Positions 46,114 to 57,046 of a DNA stretch of 64,000 nt are shown here, one piece after another. The stretch comes from Terriglobia bacterium (lineage in GTDB: Bacteria > Acidobacteriota > Terriglobia > 20CM-2-55-15): positions 544,001 through 608,000 of the forward strand of contig CBDAOY010000008.1 in the NCBI GenBank assembly GCA_965198225.1, given 5' to 3'. Position 1 is the stretch's first letter, and each line of letters opens with the position of its first letter. A program made the translations under genes and the position numbers. Under the pieces are notes generated by a model. The model was given only the letters and a program-made list of their open reading frames with translations. It was not told the DNA's origin and ran no database searches.

Positions 46114-46996
46114 ATGCCACACAGGCTCCTCCCGATAGTTCTTGCTCTGGTTCTCCCCACGTTTCTCTGCGCACAGGACGGGCCGAAGAAGATCTTCATT
46201 TCTGTCGACATGGAGGGCATCACCGGCGTCGTCAGTTCCCAGCAAAGCGGATCAAGCGGGCGCGACTACCCCACGTTCCGCCGGATCATGACTGAGGAGG
46301 TGAATGCCGCCATCGGAGCCGCGCTACGGATGGGAGCGGAAACGATCCTTGTTTGCGACGCTCATGGCAACAAGCAGAACATCCTGCCGGAGTTGCTCCA
46401 TCCCGCGGCCCGCCTCGTCCGGGGAGATCCCCGGCCCCTGGGCATGATGCAGGGCCTGGATGAAACGTTCGATGCCGCGATGTTCATCGGGTACCACGCT
46501 TGGGCCGGAACGTCCGATGCCGTCCTCGATCACACGATGAACGGTCGAATCCACGATCTGAGGCTGGATGGCAACCAGATGTCGGAAGGCACGTTCAACG
46601 CAGCTCTCGCCGGGTCACTTGGAGTGCCCGTGATTTTCGTTTCCGGCGACCGTGCGGCGGTGGAACAGATTCGGGAGTTTGTCGGGGATGTCGAGTCGGC
46701 CATCGTCAAAGAGGGCGTCGAACAGGCGACGATTTCCGTGTCTCCCCGCAGAGCGCTCGAGATGATCGACGAGTCGGTCGAAAGGGGCCATGCGCCGCTA
46801 TTCGGATTTCAGACCCTATTCTGCCAGCACTCCTCACAGCGTCGAAATCGATTTCTCGACGGAAGCCCAGGCCGGGATGGCGTCATGGGTTCCGTCGGTA
46901 AGCCGCGTGAATCCGCGCTCGATCCGGTTCACCGCAGACGACATGCTGGATGCGATGAGGATGACACGGCTGCTGGCGATCTACGTGAGCCCCTGA
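46114..46996 (+). pseudogene. M55 D-aminopeptidase (DppA-like), +1 frameshift near 46785
   Basis: ISVDMEG, DAHG, IGYHA, DHT; the C-terminal domain continues in the +1 frame (MRRYSDF...FTADDM) after GAAAGGGGCC. Confidence 0.8.
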
Positions 46997-47031
46997 GCGC
47001 GGGGAGAGCGCGGTCATAGACGCACGATTGT

Positions 47032-48156
47032 CTATTCCCTCGGGTTGTGCGTGTACACCAACGACATGATCCGCCATTCTCCGTCCTTCTTCACCAGGTG
47101 GAAAGCATCGACGCCGTCGGCGACGTAGTCGCCGACCGTCACGGTGTAGCGGGTCCAGACCGCGGCGATGTTGTCGTCGATCTGGATCATCGGGTTCGAC
47201 ATCTCTTCGTTGATCCGGCCTTCGCCGTCGGCCAGGCCCTCGGCCCACTCCTCGACCAGGATGAAGTCCTGGTTGCGGCCGTCGTCCCCCTCCCGGTCGG
47301 AAACCAGCATGGCGCCGGGCCAGAACAGGGTCTTCATGCCCTCGCCGTCACGTTCGGCCAGGTAATCGAAGACACCTTGGACGACGTCGAGTACCTGTTC
47401 GCGGTCGGTCCGGGTGTCGGCCACCTCGGTTCCCAGAACGTTCTCCGAGAAGAACGCATACTCCCTGCGCATTTTGTCGAGTTGATGCCGGGGCTCGCGG
47501 AGCCCGTGCGGTTCCCTGGGATACCAGACCATTTGTACCGGCACGTCGTTCTTTTTCAGCCCCATGTAGAGCTCCTGAGCCTGGCTCTTGGGCACGCGTT
47601 GGTCCTGCTCACCGTGCATGATCAGTGTCGGTGTCTTCGCCTGTTTGATGAAGGTCATTGCCGAGGCCTTTCGGTACTCCGCCTCATCATCGAACGGCGT
47701 GTCCCCAAAATAGCCTTCCAGTAACCGCTGCAGGTCGTTCGTCGAGTACATGCTGAACATGTTCGTCAGGCCGGCGCCGACCATCACGGCCTTGAATCGG
47801 TCGGTCTGCGTCAGCGTCCAGGCTGTCATGTAGCCACCGTAGCTCCACCCGGTCTGGCCCATGCGGTCGGAATCGACGACACCTCGCCGGATCAGTTCAT
47901 CCAGCCCGGACTGTACATCTTCGTAGTCCCCACCACCCCAGTCCTTGAGGTTTGACATCTGGAACTCTTCACCGTAGCTGGAACTGCCGCGTGGATTCGG
48001 CAGCAGCGTGACCCAGTCGTTGCCTGCCCACACATGAGCGTAGTTGCCCCAACGCCCTGGGAAGCTCTGGGTCCACACGCCGGACGGGCCGCCGTGAACG
48101 TTCATCAATACGGGGTATGTCTTTTCCGGATCGTAGTCGACGGGGTAGATGATTAC
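47032..48156 (-). pseudogene. 5'-truncated S9 peptidase fused to a C-terminal NTF2/SnoaL-like domain
   Basis: IIYPVDYDPEKTYP, HGGP, GWSYGG, HGEQD, EPHG; homology stops at the IS end. Confidence 0.85.
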
Positions 48157-49260
48157 GACCTTGTTGCATGGATCATCCCGAAGGATGTCTTATCATTGTG
48201 TTTTTCAACACCGGGGATAACTTAGATGCCACATAAGTTCAACGCAGCCCGACGGCACAAGTTTGATAAGGCGCAGTACCGGGTGATCAACTGGGCGGAA
48301 TATAACGAGAGCCTGCGCCAGCGGGGTGATCTGACGATTTGGGTCAGTGATGAGGCTCAAAGTGTGTGGCGCGCGCCGCGCCGCACGTCACGGGGTGGCC
48401 AGCGGAGATACTCGGATCTGGCTATCGAGACATGCCTGACGCTGCGCACGGCGTATCGGCTTGGGTTGCGACAAACGCAGGGGCTGATGGGTTCCATCGG
48501 CACGCTCATGGGGCTGGATATACGGGTGCCGGAATTCTCCACACTGTCGCGTCGCGCAAACGGCTTGAGCATCGCGCAGGTGATGAGGCAAGCCGGGTCT
48601 GTGCCTGTCCATCTGGTGGTGGACAGTACCGGCCTCAAGATCTTCGGCGAAGGGGAATGGCTCGCGCAGAAACATAAAACCAGGGGAATACGCCGCCGCT
48701 GGCGCAAACTCCACCTCGGACTGGACCTCCATAGCGGTGCGATTGTTTGCGCCAATCTGACTCACGATGACGTTGGAGACAGCACCGCCTTGCCCGGGCT
48801 CCTGGATCAACTCGATGCCCCTGTCACGGGCTTTCTGGCGGACGGCGCCTATGATGGAGCGTCCACACGGGATCTGCTGAGGGAACGGTATGGGGAGACC
48901 CTGGATGTGGTTATACCGCCGCCAAAGAACGCAGTGATCCGACCGCAATCGGCGCGGGATCCAACCGTTCGGGATCGCCATATTGCCCAGATCCGCAGCA
49001 ACGGCCGCATGGCCTGGCAAGTGGCCACAGGGTACAACCAGCGCAGCCGGATAGAAACGCAGATCGGCCGGTGGAAGAGTGTCATCGGCCCCAAGCTCAA
49101 ATCTCGCAGCTTCTCCAGGCAAATCACGGAGATCCAGGTCGGCCAGAAAGTCCTGAACACAATGACCGCACTCGGACGGCCTGTGTTCGAACGTATCGCC
49201 TGACGCTACCGCTTTGGAAAGGGCGAATTCCATCTCCGCCCCGATCCATGCAACAACGCT
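48157..49260 (+). mobile_element. IS5 family (IS903 group) insertion sequence
   Basis: Imperfect 18-bp terminal inverted repeats GACCTTGTTGCATGGATC / GATCCATGCAACAACGCT; no flanking direct repeat. Confidence 0.9.
48226..49203 (+). CDS. IS5/IS903 DDE transposase
   Basis: NWAEYNESLRQRG, VDSTGLK, WRKLH, ADGAYD, Y..RSRIET. Confidence 0.95.
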   Translation: MPHKFNAARRHKFDKAQYRVINWAEYNESLRQRGDLTIWVSDEAQSVWRAPRRTSRGGQRRYSDLAIETCLTLRTAYRLGLRQTQGLMGSIGTLMGLDIRVPEFSTLSRRANGLSIAQVMRQAGSVPVHLVVDSTGLKIFGEGEWLAQKHKTRGIRRRWRKLHLGLDLHSGAIVCANLTHDDVGDSTALPGLLDQLDAPVTGFLADGAYDGASTRDLLRERYGETLDVVIPPPKNAVIRPQSARDPTVRDRHIAQIRSNGRMAWQVATGYNQRSRIETQIGRWKSVIGPKLKSRSFSRQITEIQVGQKVLNTMTALGRPVFERIA

Positions 49261-49432
49261 CGTCCAACCGAAGTTATTCGGATTTACCGAACACACTGCC
49301 GGGGGGCGTTCGGCACCAACTTGCACACCCATGATTCTAACCCGCATTTTTTGAGGCGATTCCGAAAATCCAAACCGGCGTGGGGATCGTATTGATTTTC
49401 GAAGCCGGAAAAAAAGGAGGGCGAAGAGAATC

Positions 49433-50822
49433 GTGGCAATCAAGACTGTCTATGCCGAGCGGAGGGTGGCTCTGTCGGAAGCGGCGGCCTCCGTTCAGAT
49501 GCCCTGGATACTGCTCATCATGGCGGGGTTCCTGCTTCTCGCCGGTTGCCAAACCGGGAGTGAGGCGGAGTTCACGAGGGATGGTTTCCCCGACCCCTGC
49601 GCCGTTGTGCTCGTCCCACACAAAGGAAGCGAGGCGCTCGACCTCGACATCGCGGAACTTCAGGATGAGATCGGGGAGGCTCGCCGACCTGAAAGCAGGC
49701 TCGAACGGCTTGGTTGGCTGTTTGTTGCGAAGGCCCGAGCAAGCAACGATTCGGGCTATTACAGCCTGGCCGAACAGAGCGCGTGGTGTCTGGAATCCAA
49801 ACAACCCGACGTCCCCGCAGCGCTGTTGCTCCGCGGGCATATCTTGCATCAGCTGCATCGTTTCGGTGAGGCGGAGGCCCTGGCCCGTCGGCTGGTCGAG
49901 GTGCGTCGGGCGCCATTCGACTACGGTCTGTTGGGCGATGTCCTGCTTGAGCAGGGTAATCTGACCGAAGCCGCCGAGGCGTACCAGAACATGGTGGATC
50001 TCAAACCCGGGCTTCAAGTCATACAGCCGGGCGGCTCACGTTCGTTGGCTGAAGGGAGATCTTAGCGGCGCCATCGATCTCATGCGGATGGCCGCAAGGT
50101 CGAGCAGCCCACGCGATCCCGAAGCCGCGGCGTGGGTGCGTTCCCGTCTGGCTCTCTACGAGTTGCAGGACGGCTCGGTCGAGAATGCACTTCACGAGTC
50201 GGAGTCGGCGCTCCGATCCCAGGACGATCATGCGGGGGCACTTCTCTCGCGTGGCCGGATTCTGCTGGGCAGCGGGAACGGGGCGGCTGCGGTCGAAGCG
50301 CTCTTTGAAGTGGTCGACTCCGCTCCGATGCCCGAGGGCCAGTGGGTTCTCGCTGAAGCCCTGCGTGAGGTTGGTCGCGAAGCCGAAGCGCTCGATCTCG
50401 AAGCCGAACTAGTCGAGAGAGGGGCGGCACTGGACCCGCGGACGGTATCACTCTATCTCGCCACCCGGAACGAGCGAACCGACGTTGCGCTGGAGCTGGC
50501 GGAACGGGAACTCCAATCCCGCCGCGACGTCTTCACGCTGGACACCCACGCCTGGGCCCTGAAGGCTGCCGGGAGGATCCAGGAAGCGAACGTCACCATG
50601 GGCGCGGCGCTGGCGGAAGGCACCGCGGATGCCCGGCTGTTCTACCACGCCGGCGTAATTGCGGGGATGGTCGGAGAGAAGGAAGAGGGCTGCCGCTGGC
50701 TCGGCCAGGCATCTCTCATCAAACAAATGTTACTGCCTTCGGAAAGAAAGGACGTAGCCGAGCGATTCGCGGAATGTTCCGAAGGCCAAACTGCCAATCT
50801 ATGGAGGAAACGAGACTCATGA
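49433..50822 (+). pseudogene. TPR lipoprotein, +1 frameshift near 50016
   Basis: LLAGC lipobox; removing one base from CTTCAAGTCA gives the continuous LKPGLQSYSRAAHVRWLKGD...MRMAA. Confidence 0.8.
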
Positions 50823-52270
50823 GAACAAGAGGATTCCGACTGGTCATTCCGCTGGCGCTGATGATGCTGGCGGCGACGCCGGTGCTGGCGTCCAGCCATA
50901 TGGATGCGCCTTTGATTACACTCGACGATGCGGCAAACACCACCGACGTGTACGCTTTCGTTTCTGACACCGGTGGGGTCAAGTATCTGACGACCGCTCT
51001 GGCGGTGTTTCCGTTCGAGGAACCGGGCATAGGACCCAACGCATATCGGTTCGATGAGGAGGTTCGCTACGAGATCCAGGTTGCCACGGGTGCCGACGTG
51101 GCCGCGGGGAAGACCACCTTCAGCTATTGGTTCCGATTCGCGAGCCAGCGCAAGAACACGAACACGATCCTGCAGTCGTACCTGGGCGTGATCGACAATG
51201 TTGACGATGCGTCCCAGAACTTCACTCAAACCTACACCGTCACCAGGGTCGATCAGTTCGGGGTTCAGAGCAGCCTCGGTACGGGGACTGTGCCGCCGAA
51301 CAACCAGGGAAAGGTGACCCCGCAGTACAACCAGCTCCTGGACGGAGATATGAAGGCCAGAGAGGGCGTGGCGAGTGAAGGATCCCTCGATCTTTACACC
51401 CAACAGGCCATCGCGAATCTCAGCAACGGCTATCGTGCCTTCGCCGGACAGCGCGACGACGGGTTCTACGCCGACATCCAGTCCATCTTCGACCTGGATT
51501 TCACGTTTGGGGGACCGAACAAACCTTTCGACAGCCAGGGCGGGTTCAACGTCCACACGATCGTCCTCCAGATCCCGGTCAGCGAGCTGGGAGGGGACGC
51601 TCAGGTCGTCGGAGTTTACGGGAGCACAAGCCGGCGTCGGATCACGGTATTGAGCCCGCAAATCCCACCGGCATTCCTCGGTGACAAACTGGACATCCAT
51701 GCTGGTGATTGGGTTCAGGTGGCCCGGCAGGGGAACCCCCTGTTCAACGAGGCGCTTGTCGCCAACGAGGACAAGGATCGGTACAACCGAAGCAGCCCGA
51801 CGATCGATTCGGCGATGTTCGCGAAATACGCCAGCTCGCCGGAACTGGCGGTGGTGTTGGGAGCTGCGGCGAACCTCCAGACCGACCGGACCGATCATGT
51901 CGGGATCTTCATTCCCGACATGATCCGTGTGGACCTGTCGACGGCCGCAGCCCGTCTCGCGGGGAACCCTCATGACGACGGTTTCCATCGGCTGGGTATC
52001 TTCGGCGGCGACACGCTCCTCAGTACCGTCCAGGAAGGTTTCGGCGCCGGTGCGGTTCCGGGCGGCTGGCCCAACGGCCGGCGATTCGGGGACGACGTCC
52101 TCGACATCGCGATCATCGCGGTGCTCAGCGACCTGCGAACGAGCCCTATCGTGATCTTTGGCGATGCATCGGTCGACATCGATCGCGTGACGGCCAACGA
52201 CATTACCTACAACAAGGTCATGCCGTATGCGGCGACGCCCTTGAACGGACGAAACCACGGACACCACTAA
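50819..52270 (+). CDS. DUF4331 family secreted protein
   Basis: SSHMDAP, TDVYAF, FAGQRDDGF, GWPNGRRFGDDVLD. Confidence 0.9.
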   Translation: MRTRGFRLVIPLALMMLAATPVLASSHMDAPLITLDDAANTTDVYAFVSDTGGVKYLTTALAVFPFEEPGIGPNAYRFDEEVRYEIQVATGADVAAGKTTFSYWFRFASQRKNTNTILQSYLGVIDNVDDASQNFTQTYTVTRVDQFGVQSSLGTGTVPPNNQGKVTPQYNQLLDGDMKAREGVASEGSLDLYTQQAIANLSNGYRAFAGQRDDGFYADIQSIFDLDFTFGGPNKPFDSQGGFNVHTIVLQIPVSELGGDAQVVGVYGSTSRRRITVLSPQIPPAFLGDKLDIHAGDWVQVARQGNPLFNEALVANEDKDRYNRSSPTIDSAMFAKYASSPELAVVLGAAANLQTDRTDHVGIFIPDMIRVDLSTAAARLAGNPHDDGFHRLGIFGGDTLLSTVQEGFGAGAVPGGWPNGRRFGDDVLDIAIIAVLSDLRTSPIVIFGDASVDIDRVTANDITYNKVMPYAATPLNGRNHGHH

Positions 52271-52354
52271 ATGCGATGAGTGACATGTGGTGTGGGGCGC
52301 CTTCCGGCATCGTGGCCGACTCTGTTTTCGGCCACGATGCCGGTCTTCGGTCTT

Positions 52355-53037
52355 GAGATCGGGGACGGAGACCGAATTGACGTCGTGCGTGAGATTAGGG
52401 ACGGAGACCGATTTCAGTTCCTCGGTACCATCAGCTCCGGAATCCTTCGAGAGGACCCTCCGTCGGGCTCATTCGACCTATGCCCGCCTATTTAACAAGA
52501 AGCACGGCTTTTCCGGCTATCTCTGGCAGGATCGGTTTTTTTCCTGTCCTCTCGATGAAGCGCACACGTGGGCGGCCCTACGCTACGTCGAGCAGAATCC
52601 GGTGCGAGCTGGAATGATCGACAAAGCCGAGGACTATCCATGGTCGAGCGCTGCCGCTCGTTGTCGCGGAGAACGCAATCCTTTATTGAGTTCGATTTTG
52701 GCAGAAACTCGTGCACCGTCTGAGTGGCTAAGTTGGCTTGCGATCGCTAGCGATACTTCCTTTGAGGAGCAGATCCGCGCCAGTACGGCGTCGGGCATCC
52801 CTTGCGGGGGTGAGGACTTCGTCCGCGGCATCGAGGATCAGGTGGGGCGGGTTCTCCGTCTGCAAAAGCCCGGTCCAAAACCCGAAATATAACTCCTGTA
52901 GTGCATTTGATTCTGTAGCCTGCAGCAGGATGGCGGTGCGTCCGCGGGAGATCGGTCTCCGTCCTCGAACTACCTTGGCGGGCGAGATCGGTCTCCGTCC
53001 CCGAACTGCCTTGGCGGGCGAGATCGGTCTCCGTCCC
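52355..53037. mobile_element. RAYT fragment flanked by inverted 36-bp-period repeats
   Basis: GGACGGAGACCGA twice on the left (52363, 52399); its reverse complement three times on the right (GAGATCGGTCTCCGTCC at 52948, 52984, 53020). Confidence 0.7.
52420..52892 (+). pseudogene. REP-associated tyrosine transposase (Y1/RAYT) lacking the N-terminal HUH part
   Basis: GYLWQDRFFS, RYVEQNPVRAG, YPWSS; no HxH motif upstream. Confidence 0.8.
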
Positions 53038-53933
53038 GGTGGAGGCGTGCACGCATCCGTCGCCGGGTCGTTGGGATCGGGCGCGTCGCCCTCCATCGCG
53101 CCGAGCATGATCGCTGCGTCCGCTACGGTCCGCGCCATCGGCCCGGCCGTGTCGTGATCGAGGGTCACTGGCGCGATGCCCCAGCGGCTGATCCGACCCA
53201 GTGTGGGCCGTATGCCGACCAGCATGTTCCGGTTGGATGGACTGATGACCGAGCCGCCCGTGTCGGTGCCGACATTTGCCGTCCAGAAACTTGCGGCCGT
53301 GCCCACGCCCGAGCTGGAACCACCCGTACCGAGAACCGATCGGCCGTCAAAGAACCCTCCGCGGGGATCGCGTCGTGGGTCGTAGGGATTGAAGGCGAAT
53401 CCGGTCAGGGAGTTGTAGTTGCCCGGCATCGGTGTGGGCGCGCCCCCCATCCAGTTCGCAAACTCCGTCAGTCCGGCTTTGGCAATGATGATCGCCCCTG
53501 CCGCGCGAAGATTCGCGGTAAGCGTGGCCTCGTAGGGAGGTACGTATCCTGCGAAAGCGAGAGCGCCCCCGGTCGTTGGCAGGTGCGTCGTCTGAATGTT
53601 GTCCTTCAGGGCAACGGGGATACCGTGCAGAGGTCCACGCACGCGGCCTTCGGCGCGCTCGCGGTCGAGCTCTTCGGCTTCCTTCAGCGCATTAGGATTG
53701 ATCGAGACCGCGGCGTTCAGACGATCTTCGTACAGTGCGATCCGCGTAAGGTATTGGGCGACCAGTTCCCGCGAGGTAGCAGCTCCGCCCTCCATCGCGG
53801 CCTGGAGCTCGGGAATGCCGGCCTCGACCACGGAGATGGTCGGGAGTTGGGGCTCTTCGGCCACGCACGAGCCAAGCAGCGTGCCGAGCAGGACGACCAA
53901 AACGAATCTGGAATATCTCAGCAGGAAACGCAC
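53036..53933 (-). pseudogene. Amidase-signature family protein, 3'-truncated
   Basis: GPLHGIPVALKDNI, GGSSSG, GTDTGGS; reading frame runs into the repeat array after PPPG. Confidence 0.85.
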
Positions 53934-55648
53934 TTGTAGCTGTTCTTGCCCCCCAACATTTCCAGCAGAGCGACGGTCTCGGGATAAGGCTGAACCCGCT
54001 GTCTGTAGCCGTTCGCCATGTCGACGATCGTCGTGCCGTTCTTGGAAACCGCATCGAGACGGGCGCCCTTGGACACGAGGTAGAGGATCATCTCGTTGTC
54101 CCCGCGTGCGGCGGCATTGTGGAGTGCGGTGAAGCCGCCCGAGGACCTCCGGCGTCGGTCGGGATCCGCATCCGGATCCGGCGGCGGCTCGTGGTCGGCC
54201 TCGTCCACATCGGCACCCAGCTCTTCGATCAGGTACTTGACGGCCGGCAGCCGGCCTAGCGGCGTGGTCACCTCGTCGTTCCCGTGGTAACCGGCTCCCG
54301 CGGCGGTCAGTAGAGGAGTGATTCCTGAGATGCTCGCGAGCGACGGATCGGCCCCGTGTTCCACCAGTAACCGCATCCCGTCCACGTCGCCCACCGCAGC
54401 GGCCTTCCAGAACGCAGTAATTGCCGACGCGTTGGTCCTCTCCTTCTGGGCACCGCCGGGGGCGATGTACCACAGATCCTTCTTCAGCCGGGCGTTCGGG
54501 TTAGCGCCTTTGTCCAGGATGAGTTTCATCAGGTCGAGGTAGTGCGTCTTCTCGAACTTCGTCGTTGGCTGCGGATGGAAGGTCAGTCGCGCCCACTGGA
54601 TGTTCACGACCGCGAACAGAGCCGTTGCGCCGTCCATGCTGGCAAGGTTCACGTCGGCTCCGTTCTCGACGAGGTACTTCGCGATATCGAATTGGCCGTT
54701 GATGGCCGCCAGGAGCAGCGCTGTGCTCTGGTCGGCACTGAGGGCGTCCAGGTCTGCCCCACCCTCGACCAGGACGCGGACGGCGTCGACCTTGCCGTCC
54801 CGGGCCGCGTACATCAGGGGCGTCAGCTCGCCTTTCGGGTTTCCTCCTTTGGTCGTGACGAATTCGGGCTCCTTCTTTTCCTTGTCGTTCTCGGGCTCAT
54901 CGACAGCCGGCTCGACGTTTGTCGCCGCCAGCGGCGATTGGTTGGTCGTTGCCAACGGGGGCTGGGCCTGGCTCTGGCCGGATTGGCCGCCACGGGCTCC
55001 CCGACCGCCCCCCCGCGCCTGTTGCTGCTGGTTTTGCGGGCGCCGGCGTGGCAGCGGCTTGAGGAACTTGCTTTTCTGATTGATGTCGGCACCGTGTTCG
55101 AGCAATACGGGAATCGCGTCCGGGCGGTCGAAGGCCGCCGCGAAGATCAACGGGGTCTGGCCGCGCCCCGTCTCGGCCGCGTTCACGTCCGCCCCGGCTT
55201 CGACGAGCAGCGTGACCGATTCGGCGTCACCCGAGCTTGCCGCCATCATGAGGGAAGTAACCCCACCGCTCGCGGCCTGCTTCGGATCCGCCCCCGCCTT
55301 CAGCAGGACGTCGACGACACGAGCGTGCCCGCTCCTGCTGGCCAGAAACAAGGGAGTGTAACCGCCGAGTCGGGTCGTGGCCCCCGTGTTGGCACCGGCA
55401 TAGAGCAGAAGCTGGGCCAGTTCGGCATCATCGTTCAACGCCGCCCAATGCAGCGCCGTCATGCCGTCGCCCTGGGCGGAGTTGACGTCGACGGCTTCTC
55501 TCAGCAGGGAACGCACCATCTCCGAGTCGCCCGTCATCGCGGCGTCCGCTACGCGCGTGTCCGCCTGGGCCCCGACGACGATGAGCGTCGTGGCAAACAG
55601 AGGGAGCAATGCCGCCGAAGCCGTTCCGATGAAGTTCTTGCGCAACAT
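53918..55648 (-). CDS. Secreted ankyrin-repeat protein ending in CVSC
   Basis: Signal peptide; many TALHWAA/TPL..AA repeats. Confidence 0.92.
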   Translation of the reverse strand: MLRKNFIGTASAALLPLFATTLIVVGAQADTRVADAAMTGDSEMVRSLLREAVDVNSAQGDGMTALHWAALNDDAELAQLLLYAGANTGATTRLGGYTPLFLASRSGHARVVDVLLKAGADPKQAASGGVTSLMMAASSGDAESVTLLVEAGADVNAAETGRGQTPLIFAAAFDRPDAIPVLLEHGADINQKSKFLKPLPRRRPQNQQQQARGGGRGARGGQSGQSQAQPPLATTNQSPLAATNVEPAVDEPENDKEKKEPEFVTTKGGNPKGELTPLMYAARDGKVDAVRVLVEGGADLDALSADQSTALLLAAINGQFDIAKYLVENGADVNLASMDGATALFAVVNIQWARLTFHPQPTTKFEKTHYLDLMKLILDKGANPNARLKKDLWYIAPGGAQKERTNASAITAFWKAAAVGDVDGMRLLVEHGADPSLASISGITPLLTAAGAGYHGNDEVTTPLGRLPAVKYLIEELGADVDEADHEPPPDPDADPDRRRRSSGGFTALHNAAARGDNEMILYLVSKGARLDAVSKNGTTIVDMANGYRQRVQPYPETVALLEMLGGKNSYKCVSC

Positions 55649-55663
55649 AGATCGTTCCTCCAG

Positions 55664-57046
55664 CTAGAGGTCCAGTTCTCCGGTGCTGTCGGCAAAGCTG
55701 GCCAAATCGTCGAATCCGAGCCTGTGCAGCAGGGTGAGGTACATGTTTGCCGATGGTGTTGCGTCGGGCGGGACGACGTTGAGGCCGCCTTTCAACCGGC
55801 CTCCCGCATGTCCCACCAGTATCAACGGCACCCTCTTGTGGTTGTGCAGGTTCCCATTCCCCATCGGGGACCCATAGAGGATCAGCGCGTTGTCGAGGAG
55901 CGTGCCTTCTCCGTCGGGCGTGTTCTGGAGCTTGTCGGCGAAGTAGGCGAGCACGCTGATGTGGTAGGTGTTGATCTTGCCGAACGTCGTGATGCGCTGC
56001 GGGTTCTCGCCGTGGTGAGAAGCACCGTGGAACGAACCGTCAAACCCGCTTTCCGGGAAGGTCCGCCCGGTGGCGTCGCGGCTCAGTTTGAAGGCAGTCA
56101 CACGTGTGGTATCGCTGGCGAATGCCAGAACCTGCAGGTCGAACATCAGCTTAACGTGTTCATCGAAGGAGTCAGGTACGCCGATCGGGGCGGTGGGCAG
56201 CTCCCGGGTTTCGCCGCTGGCGTTCTTGTCTTCGATCCGAGCGATCCGGCGCTCGATCTCTCGGACGCTTTCGAGATGCTGGTCCAACCGGCTGCGATCG
56301 ACCGGGCTCAGTTGCGTCTTCAGTTCCGCCACCCGATGCGTGACCCAGTCGAGAATGCTGCGGTCGGTCTTCCGGCGGGTCGCACGCGCCTCGGGAGAAC
56401 CTCCCACGCCGAACATCTGGTCGAAGACCATGCGCGGGTCGCGCAGCATCGGGAGCGGCTTCGTTGGCGTCGCCCAACTGATCGAATCGGTATACACGCA
56501 GGAGTAGCCGTACTCGCAACCACCCGCCTGGTCGACGCTCTCGATCGCCATCTGAACGGACGGTATGGGAGTCTCCTGGCCGAACCGCTGGGCGTAGAGC
56601 TGATCGAACGACACACCGGCCCGCACGTCCGAGCTCTGCGTTTGCCGTGGATGAGCCTGCGTGAGGAACACGGAGCTCGACCGGAAATGGTCGCCGCCGA
56701 TTTCCTTGACCTCCCACGCCTCGGCGCCGCGCATGTCCGTATTGCTGACGATCGTGAGGTAATCCCTCCAGGGCTCGAGCGGGAGCAGGCTGCTCGGGGT
56801 GAGATCGAAGTCGCGGCCGGCTTTGGCCGGAGACCAGAGGTTCTGCGACGCTCCCCATCGGGTGGCGCCGGCGGAGCCATGAACCATTTCCATGCACGCC
56901 AGCCGAACGGGCGCGCCGCCCGCCGCCGTGTCCTGCTTCGGCGCCGCCATCGCGGGAGTCATCGATTCCAGGTACGGCAGGGCGAGAGCGGCGCCTATGC
57001 CCCGGAGCATCGTGCGGCGAGAAATGTGTCTCTTGGTGATGAACAT
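55664..57046 (-). CDS. DUF1552 protein, Tat-exported
   Basis: SRRTMLRG..LALPYLESM, HGASHH, GNLHNH. Confidence 0.9.
   Translation of the reverse strand: MFITKRHISRRTMLRGIGAALALPYLESMTPAMAAPKQDTAAGGAPVRLACMEMVHGSAGATRWGASQNLWSPAKAGRDFDLTPSSLLPLEPWRDYLTIVSNTDMRGAEAWEVKEIGGDHFRSSSVFLTQAHPRQTQSSDVRAGVSFDQLYAQRFGQETPIPSVQMAIESVDQAGGCEYGYSCVYTDSISWATPTKPLPMLRDPRMVFDQMFGVGGSPEARATRRKTDRSILDWVTHRVAELKTQLSPVDRSRLDQHLESVREIERRIARIEDKNASGETRELPTAPIGVPDSFDEHVKLMFDLQVLAFASDTTRVTAFKLSRDATGRTFPESGFDGSFHGASHHGENPQRITTFGKINTYHISVLAYFADKLQNTPDGEGTLLDNALILYGSPMGNGNLHNHKRVPLILVGHAGGRLKGGLNVVPPDATPSANMYLTLLHRLGFDDLASFADSTGELDL

Noticed and set aside
52948-53037. CRISPR array (36-bp period)
   Set aside because: Head-to-tail repeats without spacers
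53915-53935. Sec read-through after the ankyrin CVSC-TGA
   Set aside because: The downstream sequence is the overlapping amidase start; no convincing SECIS or conserved extension
52728-54473. 581-aa amidase ORF as given in the ORF track
   Set aside because: The N-terminus overlaps the ankyrin gene out of frame and the C-terminus is translated repeat and antisense RAYT; only about 53036-53933 is amidase
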